Source: Pseudomonadota bacterium (GTDB lineage Bacteria > Pseudomonadota > Gammaproteobacteria > Pseudomonadales > Halieaceae). Taken from it: a stretch of 64,000 nucleotides of DNA. Made by a program: the position numbers and the translations under genes. Below the pieces are notes generated by a model, which did no database searches, had not been told where the DNA came from, and saw only the letters and a list, made by a program, of their open reading frames with translations. Positions 33,311 through 43,185 of this stretch are shown piece by piece. The DNA is taken from the NCBI GenBank assembly GCA_002862405.1, contig PKCZ01000162.1:2296-66295 (forward strand). Direction: 5' to 3'. Position 1 is the stretch's first letter. Every line of letters starts with the position of its first letter.

Positions 33311-34330
33311 ATGACTGTTAACCGCCAATGGCGTCTCGCGAAACGCCCCGAGGGAATGATTGGGGAAGCCAATTTTGAGTTTGTAGAGACCACCGTTCCC
33401 AAGGTCGTCGACCAGCAAATATTGATCAAAAATCTTTACTTCTCTTTCGATCCCACACAGCGAGGCTGGGCAGTCGACCGTCCCAGCTACCTGCCGCCCG
33501 TCGGTATAGGTGAGGTTATGCGAGCAGGTACGGTTGGACAGGTCGTACTCTCTAACCATGATGATTTCTCAGAGGGCGACCTCGTACAAACCATGGGTGG
33601 CTGGCAGGACTATGCGGTTATCACTCCAGGCCAAGGCGTCACCGGCGTCACCAAAGTGCCTGATGGAGTCACGCCGGAGATGATGCTCTCGGTAATTGGG
33701 TTGACAGGCATGACCGCCTACTTTGGCTTGCTCGAATTAGGTCAGCCAAAAGCTGGCGAAACGGTGTTGGTCTCAGGCGCTGCCGGTGCCACAGGCTCAG
33801 TTGCAAGCCAGATAGCCAAGATTAAAGGATGTCGTGTGGTCGGTATCGCGGGCGGCCCAGAGAAATGCCGGTGGCTGACCCAAGTGGCAGGCCTGGACGC
33901 CGCGATCGACTACAAGCAAGGCAACTTGGACGAGCAAATTGCTGCTGCCTGCCCCGATAAGTGGGATGTCTTTTTCGACAATGTGGGCGGCGACACGCTT
34001 GAAGCGGCCCTCAACCACCTCAGTCTCTATTCCCGTGTTGTCATGTGTGGCGGCATCTCTGGCTATAACGCTGAAGAACCGGTTCCGGGACCCTCAAACC
34101 TGATGAATCTGGTGACAAACCGAGGACGCATGGAGGGCTTTATCATTCTCGATTACATGCCACGGGCCATGGAAGCCATTCAAGATCTCATGGGCTGGGT
34201 AATGTCCGGTGATCTGAAATTTCAGGTCGATGTGCAGGAAGGGTTCGAGAACATCCCGAAGACGCTACGTCGCCTCTACACGGGCGAGAATCACGGCAAG
34301 CAGCTGCTCAAACTGGCTGACCCTAGTTAA
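33311..34330 (+). CDS. NADP-dependent oxidoreductase (MDR superfamily, alkenal/one reductase-like)
   Basis: The N-terminus NRQWRLAKRPEG and the cofactor motif VSGAAGATGSVASQIAK are typical of the YncB/PTGR1-like group. Confidence 0.85.
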   Translation: MTVNRQWRLAKRPEGMIGEANFEFVETTVPKVVDQQILIKNLYFSFDPTQRGWAVDRPSYLPPVGIGEVMRAGTVGQVVLSNHDDFSEGDLVQTMGGWQDYAVITPGQGVTGVTKVPDGVTPEMMLSVIGLTGMTAYFGLLELGQPKAGETVLVSGAAGATGSVASQIAKIKGCRVVGIAGGPEKCRWLTQVAGLDAAIDYKQGNLDEQIAAACPDKWDVFFDNVGGDTLEAALNHLSLYSRVVMCGGISGYNAEEPVPGPSNLMNLVTNRGRMEGFIILDYMPRAMEAIQDLMGWVMSGDLKFQVDVQEGFENIPKTLRRLYTGENHGKQLLKLADPS

Positions 34331-34348
34331 GAGCGTCACGGGGCGCCC

Positions 34349-35485
34349 ATGAATAACAACAACGTCGGCTTATTAGAAAACAATGAAGTCATTGACCGCG
34401 TTTTTGAGCATATCGATAACGGTACAACCGATCTTGGAACAGCGCAGTGGCGAGAGCCGGTAGAGCACTACACAAGCGAAAGCCGTTACGAACAAGAGAT
34501 CGCACTGCTGCGACAGCGACCGGTTGTCTTTTGTCCATCGGCCGCTATTCCCGATGCCGGTAATTTTATCTCGCGAACGGCGGCAGGTACGCCACTGCTA
34601 GTTGTGAGAGACAAAGACTTAAAGGTTCGCGCGTTTATCAACGCCTGTCGCCACAGAGGCATGAAAGTGGCGTCAGGTCAGGGCTGTACGCGGACCTTTT
34701 CCTGCCCCTATCACGGATGGACCTACAATCTCGATGGATCTGTAAGAGGCATTCCCGGTGAAGCAGCTTTTCCAGATTTGGACAAAGAAACAGCTGGATT
34801 AAAGGAACTCTTTGCAGTTGAACGCGGCGGCTTGGTTTATGTGCAACAGGAAGGAACACCCAAACTCGGCACACTCAATACCGCGCTCAATTTCTTCAAG
34901 CCATCGCAACCGTTATTTCATCAAAGCGATACAGTAGACGAAGCGAATTGGAAACTGCTCACCGAGACACTGCTCGAGGGCTATCACATCAAGTCGCTAC
35001 ACCGCGAGAGCTTCTACCCCTTCGGTTTAGACAATGTGAATGTGGTGGAATCGTTCGGTCAAAACTCGCGCGTTGTTTACCCCTTCAAGCGCATTGAGAA
35101 ACTACGTTCTTTACCGCGTGATGAGCGCGAGATCGAGGGATTTGCAACCCTTGTTTACCACCTGTTTCCAAATGTCAGCGTTTCAGTGCTATCAAAGCAT
35201 ACGAGTGTCACCGTGATTGAACCGCTATCGCCCTCTCGCACCCAGATGTTCTCCTATTACATCAAGCACCGAGCCAAAAACGGGACTGAAATCAGTCATG
35301 AAGAGGCGTTGCGGGACGTTGATTTCGTCAATCAGTCGGGTCAGGAAGAAGATCGTGCTGCCGCAAGGGATATACAAGAAACCGTTACAACGTCCGCTAA
35401 TTCACATTTGACCTTTGGCTACTACGAAAAAGCGATCGTCACTTTTCATCAGCAACTTCAATGCGAGTTGGGGGGGCCTAAATAG
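34349..35485 (+). CDS. Rieske [2Fe-2S] aromatic-ring-hydroxylating oxygenase, alpha subunit
   Basis: Rieske motif CRHRG...CPYHGW plus the mononuclear iron region EGYHIKSLH. Confidence 0.85.
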   Translation: MNNNNVGLLENNEVIDRVFEHIDNGTTDLGTAQWREPVEHYTSESRYEQEIALLRQRPVVFCPSAAIPDAGNFISRTAAGTPLLVVRDKDLKVRAFINACRHRGMKVASGQGCTRTFSCPYHGWTYNLDGSVRGIPGEAAFPDLDKETAGLKELFAVERGGLVYVQQEGTPKLGTLNTALNFFKPSQPLFHQSDTVDEANWKLLTETLLEGYHIKSLHRESFYPFGLDNVNVVESFGQNSRVVYPFKRIEKLRSLPRDEREIEGFATLVYHLFPNVSVSVLSKHTSVTVIEPLSPSRTQMFSYYIKHRAKNGTEISHEEALRDVDFVNQSGQEEDRAAARDIQETVTTSANSHLTFGYYEKAIVTFHQQLQCELGGPK

Positions 35486-35565
35486 TCAAGCTCGTTATTG
35501 AAGTGGCTAAACCTGTCGTCACTATGACTTAACAGAAAAAGGGATAAACCGGGGGAGAGAACAGG

Positions 35566-36735
35566 ATGCAAGACATATCAAAGTCGATAGAGGCCTGCGC
35601 CGCACGCTATGGTGAGCAAGCGGTTGCCATGCGTGACTACCTGGTGGCGGGACAAGATGCTGCCTTGGCGCTGGATAATCGAGGCCCAATTGAATTCGAC
35701 GCATCGGGCAAACTAGCTCAACACATTCTGGATGCCTACTCGAAGTATGGATTTTATGTCTTTACTGGGGTACTCACTGAGGAGGAATGCGAAGACATCG
35801 AGGCCGACATGGTGGCGCTCAAGGCCTCATTCCCGGTCGCACCCGAAAGCACGGTCGATGCCGATGGCCGGCCAGCCCTTGGTTCGAACTCGTTAACACC
35901 TCATCTGGTCTGGTCAAAACCACTGGGCGACCCACTCGGTGGCACGCAGCTCGCGAACGGACGACACCAAGTCAAAATGTTTGAGCCCGAGGCCACGGCT
36001 GATACGCCTTTGGCATCACCGTTCATTTTGCTCGGCTCGCTCCGTTTCTCAGATGCCTGCTTACGGACCTACGCACATCCAGAATTGCTGCGGGTTGCGG
36101 AAGCCATCAACGGCGAGGACTTTGCTCCCTTCAACGAGGCGCTGTTCATCAAAGAGCCCGGAATTGGTGCGGCAGTCTCATGGCACCAGGACGGCGTGAC
36201 CCACTGGGACAGCCCAGATTTCGATGAAAACATCCACGGCTTTAACTTCATGGCGCAGCTTTATGGGAGCACAGCGGTCAATGGGGTCTGGGTGCTACCG
36301 GGCAGTCATAAGCTCGGCAAAATTGATATCAAAGACTTAGTGTCTGCATCCAAAAGTGAGCGAATCGAGGGCGCGGTTCCCTTGGTCTGCGATCGCGGCG
36401 ATGTGGTCATTTGTAATCGTCAGGCACTGCACGGTTCGTTCCCTAACAGTGGGTTTGAGCCGCGCCTCACCGTTAACTTCGGTTTCCACAAGCGTTCATC
36501 CGTGCTGGGTGTGAAGGGTGGTGGTATTCACTCGGACGCACAGGTCTTCGACGATGAGATCATCGCGAGACGATCGCGTGTTTTAGGTTATGCCATCGCG
36601 GCGCGCAAGGAGCGCTACCCCGAGGAGACCGCTTACGAGTACAAGCCTTTTATCGAGCAGTCGCTGTCATTTGCTTGGGATGATGCCGCGCGGGCGGATA
36701 TGCATGACTACAACCGGGATGACCTGAGTATTTAG
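35566..36735 (+). CDS. phytanoyl-CoA dioxygenase (PhyH)-family Fe(II)/2OG oxygenase
   Basis: WHQDG iron-ligand motif and a distal His in QALHGSFPN. Confidence 0.75.
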   Translation: MQDISKSIEACAARYGEQAVAMRDYLVAGQDAALALDNRGPIEFDASGKLAQHILDAYSKYGFYVFTGVLTEEECEDIEADMVALKASFPVAPESTVDADGRPALGSNSLTPHLVWSKPLGDPLGGTQLANGRHQVKMFEPEATADTPLASPFILLGSLRFSDACLRTYAHPELLRVAEAINGEDFAPFNEALFIKEPGIGAAVSWHQDGVTHWDSPDFDENIHGFNFMAQLYGSTAVNGVWVLPGSHKLGKIDIKDLVSASKSERIEGAVPLVCDRGDVVICNRQALHGSFPNSGFEPRLTVNFGFHKRSSVLGVKGGGIHSDAQVFDDEIIARRSRVLGYAIAARKERYPEETAYEYKPFIEQSLSFAWDDAARADMHDYNRDDLSI

Positions 36736-36746
36736 ACGTCATTCCC

Positions 36747-37685
36747 TCATTTAAGCACGAGAATGTCGGTCAGAAGCGCCTCCACATGGGGCTGGTTTTC
36801 CATGTGGGGCAAGTGACCAGACGCGGGAACAAAATGCTCGACTCGCCTCGGCAGTAAACGCTCCAGTTTCTCGGCGAAGCCCGCATAAACAACAACGGTA
36901 TCGCTGTCACCCCAAATGGTGGTGACCGGTATATCGGACGCTTGAAGCTGGGCATGTATACGATCCAGCTCCCCGGAATCATGATTCTTACGGGTCGAAA
37001 TCAGTGCGCGAGCAAAACCTTTATGAACGAGTAGCTCAGCGTATTTATCATCCCAGTCCTGAAAGTTAGTGGGATCTTTAAAGTCTGATAGCTGGCCTGC
37101 GGGCAGCTCAGGATAACGAGCTACGAGCTCGTCAATTTCTGCTTGGCTAACCGCAACGTTGGCAGCGCGGCTGACATCCCTAAAGCCAGACGATGCCACG
37201 TAGATCAGTTGTTCTACCCGCTCAGGCGCGAGGCCTGCTAACTGACTAACCACACGTCCGCCATTGGACAACCCAAGTAAGTTCGCTTTTTCAATTGTCA
37301 AGTGATCGAGAAGCTCGAGCACCTGGGTGGCGAAGAGCTGATCGGTATAATCCACATCTGGATTGTCGGAAAAGCCACGCCCGTAGAGATCTAGAGTCAC
37401 AACACATCGCCCTTTTGAAACAAGGAAGTTGTAGGTTGGATCCCAAATATAGGAAGGCACAGAGAAACCATGGACCAGGACATCGGCCGTCGTACAGGAC
37501 TCACCATTGGCGAGCCGATAGTAGGTGACGCCCTCGGATAACGCGACAAACGCCGCACCGTCGGGCAGCTCAATGCTTGCTCTGAAGGCTGCATCCTTAG
37601 TCACTGATTCATAGGGACTGTCAGCTGACACCGACAGCGCCGCACCGCCGAAAAACATCGCCACACCTAAGTTGAGTAATGGCAT
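36747..37685 (-). CDS. secreted alpha/beta-fold hydrolase
   Basis: Nucleophile elbow GLSNGG and oxyanion region VLVHGF. ATG 37685 gives a clean signal peptide (MPLLNLGVAMFFGGAALSVSA). The alternative GTG 37769 overlaps the upstream stop as GTGA. Confidence 0.75.
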   Translation of the reverse strand: MPLLNLGVAMFFGGAALSVSADSPYESVTKDAAFRASIELPDGAAFVALSEGVTYYRLANGESCTTADVLVHGFSVPSYIWDPTYNFLVSKGRCVVTLDLYGRGFSDNPDVDYTDQLFATQVLELLDHLTIEKANLLGLSNGGRVVSQLAGLAPERVEQLIYVASSGFRDVSRAANVAVSQAEIDELVARYPELPAGQLSDFKDPTNFQDWDDKYAELLVHKGFARALISTRKNHDSGELDRIHAQLQASDIPVTTIWGDSDTVVVYAGFAEKLERLLPRRVEHFVPASGHLPHMENQPHVEALLTDILVLK

Positions 37686-37765
37686 GACACGTCTTATCAC
37701 TGGCCTCTCCACTGCTCTTTTCACTACTCTCTCCAATGGCCTCCGCGACCGAAAAACCGCTTCAA

Positions 37766-39448
37766 TCACAGGATCACCGGCGACGTCAGCTGAACATCAG
37801 CGTGCGACCACACGGATGCCCACTGTTTTTGGATCACTTTTGCTTTGTTTTTCTTGTTTTGGGCTGCCAGCGCCTTCATCAGACCAAACAAAGACCAGCC
37901 GTTGTTTTGATGCCAGCGTAAGTCTTTTCTGAACACCGCTTCGGCTTCCTCGAATCGCCCCGCGACCAACAGCGCGTTGCCTAGATAAAGCCGCATCGAT
38001 TGCGGCCAATCAGGGGGCTCTGTGTAGTTGTTTGTATCCTCGAGGGCAACGCCTTTCTCGAACGCGGCTATTGCGCCCACAAGATCCCCTTCCGCGAGTT
38101 TTATCTCGCCATCCAATGCGTGCGCCGCCAGAGCTAAAAGCTCCGCCGTGGCGGTTGCGCCCGCGCGGTTCACTGAAACATCAGGCGATTGTGCGATGCG
38201 CTGAATGTTACTGAGCTCTTGCTTTGCGTCGTCGAGCGAGCCTTTAGCAATGTGGGCACTGCCTTTGACATAGGACAGGATGCCATCGAGGTAGGGCGTT
38301 GAGTGTTGGAGGCTCTCAATGGCAAGCAGCTCGTCCCACTGCCCAAATATCTTCAGTGTCACCCAGGGCGCGGCTACCCGCTTTTGCATGCGCCCCATGG
38401 GCGTGCCATGTTGACTAATGGCCTCAGCCATTTGCTGGGCAGATTTGATAGCGAGTTCAGAGCTGCCCTGCATGGTGGCTGCATAACGCACGAAATCGAG
38501 CGCATGCCCCGCGTGTATTTTGTGCGAGAGCGGGTAGGTGCCAATGTTCGGCAATGGAAGGTCACCCCAGTGCTGAGCAAACTCTTTATCCACGGCAAGC
38601 GAGCGCAGGTTGTTGTCGATGGCTCGCTGATAATCTCCAACGCGCACGAAGATATGTGCGGGCATATGAACCACGTGACCACCGATGGGTAGGGTCGCCT
38701 CGAGAGCGTCAGCAGACACCATGGCGCGCTCAGGCTCAAGCGAGGCCTCAATAAGATGGATGTGGAGATGGTAGACACCGGGATGCGGATCGCCAGTGGT
38801 AATCACATGCTCGAGTGCTTCTGCGACGGCCAGCGTCTCCCCCTTTGCTTCCCCACTCTTATCCCAATAATCCCAGCGGCGAATCGACATAAAGCTTCCC
38901 GCGTAGAGTGCTGCGACATCTGGATCATTAGGGTACTGCTTGTTGAGCTTGCGCATTTCCGCCAGGTAAGCGCGATCGCGCTCACGAGGGTCAGGAATAC
39001 TTTTCGCATTGTAGAAGACGTAGAGCGCTTTTATCAGCGCTGCTTCCATCGGGGTTGCGCGATCGATGCGGTCTAGCGCGGCTTCAATCGCTGCCAATCC
39101 CGCGCCCTGTGGATCGTCGGGCATTTGCGCGTAACGGGAATTCGGATTGGGGCCCGCCGCGTGTGCAATCCCCCAGTACGGCATGGGGTGTGATGGATCG
39201 AGGCGCGAGGCTTCTTGGTAAGACGCTATGGACTCGGGGAAGTAAAACCCCCACGCCAAACGCAGGCCCTGATCAAAATAGGTTTGTGCTAGGGCGACAT
39301 CGGTCGATATTGCACGCGAATAGGTTCCAGACTTAGGCACCAGCACAGCGTGACGGCTGGCAGCGTCCGCATCCGCACTTATTGCGAAACTCTGGTGACT
39401 AAAAGAAACCAACACTAAGACAGTGAGAAGTCGGGCGGTAACAGTCAT
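37766..39448 (-). CDS. secreted tetratricopeptide-repeat protein
   Basis: Signal peptide followed by repeated helical A/L/Y-rich TPR-like units, for example LGNALLVAGRFEEAEAVFRKDL. Confidence 0.6.
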   Translation of the reverse strand: MTVTARLLTVLVLVSFSHQSFAISADADAASRHAVLVPKSGTYSRAISTDVALAQTYFDQGLRLAWGFYFPESIASYQEASRLDPSHPMPYWGIAHAAGPNPNSRYAQMPDDPQGAGLAAIEAALDRIDRATPMEAALIKALYVFYNAKSIPDPRERDRAYLAEMRKLNKQYPNDPDVAALYAGSFMSIRRWDYWDKSGEAKGETLAVAEALEHVITTGDPHPGVYHLHIHLIEASLEPERAMVSADALEATLPIGGHVVHMPAHIFVRVGDYQRAIDNNLRSLAVDKEFAQHWGDLPLPNIGTYPLSHKIHAGHALDFVRYAATMQGSSELAIKSAQQMAEAISQHGTPMGRMQKRVAAPWVTLKIFGQWDELLAIESLQHSTPYLDGILSYVKGSAHIAKGSLDDAKQELSNIQRIAQSPDVSVNRAGATATAELLALAAHALDGEIKLAEGDLVGAIAAFEKGVALEDTNNYTEPPDWPQSMRLYLGNALLVAGRFEEAEAVFRKDLRWHQNNGWSLFGLMKALAAQNKKNKAKVIQKQWASVWSHADVQLTSPVIL

Positions 39449-39546
39449 CGGGGCACGCTCTCTTTTAATTCCTGATTCATATCGTCAGCTAACCAAGGTA
39501 GCGTCAAGACTGATAGGACGCCACCCCCTTGGCACGCAGGAGAAGG

Positions 39547-39567
39547 CATCAGATCACTGGTCTGATG
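39547..39567. promoter_or_regulatory. 21-nt near-perfect palindrome in a divergent promoter region
   Basis: CATCAGATCA-C-TGGTCTGATG, with 10-nt arms and one mismatch, followed by TGCATTTTT. It lies between the divergent TPR (39448) and MpaB-like (39662) genes. Confidence 0.3.
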
Positions 39568-39661
39568 TGCATTTTTAATCAAAGCGGCCGGTAACAGTCC
39601 GGTTGCTCTACAACGGCGTAACTGGCTATGGTGTTGGGACGGAGAGACCGGGGCACGAGCA

Positions 39662-40990
39662 ATGCAACAAGAACATCAGCAGCTGTTTAACTCATCTGTT
39701 TTGGAGCAGCAGGCGCTTATCCCCGAGATTTACGGATCGGTTGATTTCGATCAACTCCCCGAACGCTACGTCAGGGACTTTGATCTTGAGGCGCTCCGCC
39801 CTTCTCACCATCGCAACTATTGCGAGCGCGTCCTTGAAAACCGAGAGCTCGTCGAGCGCATCCGCAACTACACCATGATGGGTGACAAGGTCGCCGACGC
39901 CTACGCGTCACTCATACCTGAGTATGGTTTTAGAGCTCTGGTCTCCATGCTGGAACAAGCCTGCGATGATGGCATCGAGAGTGTTGAGAACGCACCAGAC
40001 GAACTCGTCGCTTTCATTAGAGCGATGGAGGCCACACCCGACTGGGTTGATATGGCCATGGTGGAGGAAGGTGCCAAGCACGAGCGTATCCCTCTCGGGA
40101 CCATTTCGCCTTTTGCGATTCGCGGCGCTTTCATTGCTACGTTCATGAATAAGTACACCGCCCTACCCATGACTATGACGGGCACACTGACCGACCAACA
40201 ATCCGTCCGCCGCGTCTTTGAAACTGCCAGTTTTTTCACTGCGACAGCCATGCCGCGCGCGATGGAGCGTTTTAATTCGGGCTTTAAGGCGGCAGCGAAG
40301 GTTCGTCTGATGCACTCGATGGTGCGCTTTAACATCATGCGGACGGGCAAGTGGGACGCGTCTACCTACGGCATCCCGATTCCTCAGGTTGACCAAATGC
40401 CCGCCGGACTGATTGGCATCTTCCTACTGTCTTACAAGCTGCTGGCGCAAGGTCGCACCGACTTCACGCCGGCTGAACGTGCGCGTGTGGAAATGGCGCG
40501 ATATCGCTGTTTCCTATTGGGATTACCCGAGGAGCTGCTGGGCGAAACACCTCAGGAAATTGTCGATCTGATGACGGCGAGAGACATGTCGCTTCACAAG
40601 ATTTATGACGATGAAACCTGTGGTGAGTTAGTGCGCGGAACCATGGACGCGGAGTTGTTTACCGATCCGAGCATTGCTGGGCGTTTTCACCGCTGGATGG
40701 AGCGTGGGTTCTCAAAGTATTTCCTCATTCAAAATTTTTGTGAGGGTAAATCCTCCCGAGCTGCGGCGATGGGCATTCATTTCAAGCTAAACGACAAGAT
40801 CGCTACGGTCTGCGCACTTGCGACGATTGTAAGCAATTCAAATCTCTGCGCCCTAGGCATGAAAATTCCCGGCCTTGCCAAGGTAGTGGATAAAAGCCTC
40901 ACGCGAAAACTAGGTCGCTTACTGGAAACCTATGGTCACGCCGATTTTGTCACCGACGCCAATGAATACAAGTTGGTTGGGGCAAAGTGA
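39662..40990 (+). CDS. MpaB/DUF2236-family oxygenase-like protein
   Basis: The size and the central KVRLMHSMVRF block recall the DUF2236 (MpaB / latex-clearing-protein) family. This is assigned from memory only. Confidence 0.45.
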   Translation: MQQEHQQLFNSSVLEQQALIPEIYGSVDFDQLPERYVRDFDLEALRPSHHRNYCERVLENRELVERIRNYTMMGDKVADAYASLIPEYGFRALVSMLEQACDDGIESVENAPDELVAFIRAMEATPDWVDMAMVEEGAKHERIPLGTISPFAIRGAFIATFMNKYTALPMTMTGTLTDQQSVRRVFETASFFTATAMPRAMERFNSGFKAAAKVRLMHSMVRFNIMRTGKWDASTYGIPIPQVDQMPAGLIGIFLLSYKLLAQGRTDFTPAERARVEMARYRCFLLGLPEELLGETPQEIVDLMTARDMSLHKIYDDETCGELVRGTMDAELFTDPSIAGRFHRWMERGFSKYFLIQNFCEGKSSRAAAMGIHFKLNDKIATVCALATIVSNSNLCALGMKIPGLAKVVDKSLTRKLGRLLETYGHADFVTDANEYKLVGAK

Positions 40991-41008
40991 CCGTGCCGCA
41001 TTTTGCGC

Positions 41009-41953
41009 TTAATCGTCTTCAGCTATCTTAAGCACCACTCTGCCTCGTTTACCCTGCTCGTCCATACGCAAAAAAGCCTTTTCATAATCTGCAAATGAGA
41101 AGACGCTGTCCACAAAGACTTTCAGCTTGGACTCCTCAACCCATTTAGCAATTTGGCTCAGCTTTTCATTATTGCCTTTATCCACCATTAAAAACTTCAT
41201 TTTCTGAGAGCTTAAAAAATTCATGAAAAAGCTCAGAATATGTTTGTTTGGCTCCAGGGGAATAAAACGCCCATGGGCAGAAAGAATCAGTTTCACTTCC
41301 TTAAAACTGCGTTTGTTGGACAGATCCAATATCACATCAAACGTTTGAGACAATGATTCGAGCTTGGTTTCCTTATAGTTATATACTGTTTTGGCGCCAA
41401 GTCCCGTCAGAAAAGACTCTTGTCCAGGCCCGGCAATAGCGGCCGTATGAGCACCCAATATTTTTGCTAGTTGCAGGCTATAAACACCCAAACCTCCTGA
41501 TGCACCATTCACCAGAAGCTCGGTTCCTTGCTTTACCTCACCCACTTCTGTAAGCGCGACCAAACTCGTCAAAGAGCCCAAGGGCAATGCAGCCGCCTGT
41601 TCAAAGTCCGAGTTTTTGGGCATCAATGCAATGCAGTCTGGGTTAATACATAAGTATTCTTGATGGGTCTTTTGACCCTTCATTAAATCCACATACCCAA
41701 AAACCTTGTCACCCTCTTCGAAGCGACCCACTCCTTGCACAACCACGCCAGAAAATTCCAAGCCGGTTCTCACCTTATGGTACCCACCGGATAACTTAAG
41801 CCAGAGATCATACTTACCCGCGACATTATCGATGTCCGTTGGGTTCACCGAAGCACAAATTACCTTCACCAAAACTTCATTGGTTTTTGGTTTAGGTCGC
41901 TCGAGATCATCATTGAAGCAAAGACGCTTATTCTCAATAACGAGGCCTTTCAT
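41009..41953 (-). CDS. NAD(P)-dependent quinone/alcohol oxidoreductase (MDR family)
   Basis: The start MKGLVIENK..., the cofactor motif VNGASGGLGVYSLQLAK, and a family-typical length. Confidence 0.8.
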   Translation of the reverse strand: MKGLVIENKRLCFNDDLERPKPKTNEVLVKVICASVNPTDIDNVAGKYDLWLKLSGGYHKVRTGLEFSGVVVQGVGRFEEGDKVFGYVDLMKGQKTHQEYLCINPDCIALMPKNSDFEQAAALPLGSLTSLVALTEVGEVKQGTELLVNGASGGLGVYSLQLAKILGAHTAAIAGPGQESFLTGLGAKTVYNYKETKLESLSQTFDVILDLSNKRSFKEVKLILSAHGRFIPLEPNKHILSFFMNFLSSQKMKFLMVDKGNNEKLSQIAKWVEESKLKVFVDSVFSFADYEKAFLRMDEQGKRGRVVLKIAEDD

Positions 41954-42189
41954 TTTTTCTTCAATACTCCCACTAAAATTGTCTGCCAATATGAACTCTT
42001 CTGCCCATCAAATCCTAACTGACACTGTGTGCCGAACTTCCCATCAAAGAGAGTACGTTGACTAAAAAGAACAACACCCACCAAGCGACATAAGTACCTT
42101 TGGTAAACTTCACTTTTTCACGTCGAAGAAAAGCGACAGGAATATAGACTAGCGCCAGAGGCAACAAAAACAGCTGGGAAATCGACGAA

Positions 42190-43185
42190 CTACAAAAAGA
42201 AAAGGCCTGCCATCTTGGTGGTCTTGTTCGTAGCGAGCTCTCCTAGTTTCTCTGCAGCCTCCGCCACCCTTGGCGGGTAAGCATCTAAAAGTACCTCCCA
42301 GCTACGTCGAGTGCGCAACGCATCATAGTGTTTTCGAACTAGAGGAAATTCACGGTGCGGGCACACAAGATCTAACCAACCTGCTTCCTCTAGCCTCAGA
42401 TAGACGACAGACAGAGCCGAGTCACCAATACCAAATTCTGACCCTGTCAGATAAGGTCCTTCGCTCTCGGCCAAATGTCGTTCGAGCTCTCGCAAATGCA
42501 ATGCGACAGCGCTCCTGCTCCTCTCAATTAACGTGCGAATAGGCTTTACGGTCACGACTCGCTCCGGCCCTAATAGTCGCGCCATAACGAAAAACATTAC
42601 TCGTTTTCGGTCATTGTGAAGTGCCAAGCCACGTATAAGTGCAGAAAAGCTAACAGATTGCATCATTACTGCAAAAAGCGGCAGTGTCAGTCCCGGTATG
42701 CAAGCCCCTAAATGAGTATCGATACCCCCCATTGGATCGAGGCTATCTAAACGACATTTTTCAATCCAAAAGCGATGACGCTCCGGTATTTCCAAACTGG
42801 TAACGTCTTCTGAGTGGCTTCCGAGCTGAGTCGTTATGTAATTAACAATCTCATCGGAATCTATAATTGGGACCCCCTTATGAACCAATGCCGGTATCAG
42901 TCCGTTCGGATTAATTCGCAAGTAATCCTTGTCGAGAGTTCCGTATCGGCCCGTTTCAATTAGATCTACATGCCTATAGGCGAAGGTAATATCGCGCTCT
43001 GCTAAAGCCAGCATCGTCTTGCGTGAGCAATGCGAAAAGCCATTTGCATATAACTCAAACTCAGCATCGTGGGGCACTCGTTCACCGTGCCTAACCCCCG
43101 CAACAACCGGCTTTGCACCATATCGGTGACGAAACAATCCAAGGCTCATAAGCAATACCAAAAAAATCACCAACCCAATCATCAT
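42190..43185 (-). CDS. glutathione S-transferase-family protein with an N-terminal transmembrane anchor
   Basis: The N-terminal helix MMIGLVIFLVLLMSLGLF is followed by a thioredoxin-like GST N-domain (LYANGFSHCSRKTMLAL...NPNGLIPALVH...DSDEIVNYI). Its ATG overlaps the monooxygenase stop as ATGA. Confidence 0.75.
   Translation of the reverse strand: MMIGLVIFLVLLMSLGLFRHRYGAKPVVAGVRHGERVPHDAEFELYANGFSHCSRKTMLALAERDITFAYRHVDLIETGRYGTLDKDYLRINPNGLIPALVHKGVPIIDSDEIVNYITTQLGSHSEDVTSLEIPERHRFWIEKCRLDSLDPMGGIDTHLGACIPGLTLPLFAVMMQSVSFSALIRGLALHNDRKRVMFFVMARLLGPERVVTVKPIRTLIERSRSAVALHLRELERHLAESEGPYLTGSEFGIGDSALSVVYLRLEEAGWLDLVCPHREFPLVRKHYDALRTRRSWEVLLDAYPPRVAEAAEKLGELATNKTTKMAGLFFL

Noticed and set aside
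42015-42167. A 50-codon minus-strand frame between the GST and MDR genes that encodes a convincing-looking two-helix membrane peptide (LPLALVYIPVAFLRREKVKFTKGTYVAWWVLFFLVNVLSLMG...).
   Set aside because: Only TTG starts are available, with no Shine-Dalgarno, and it is below the ORF-track length cut-off. I cannot support it as a gene without homology or expression data.
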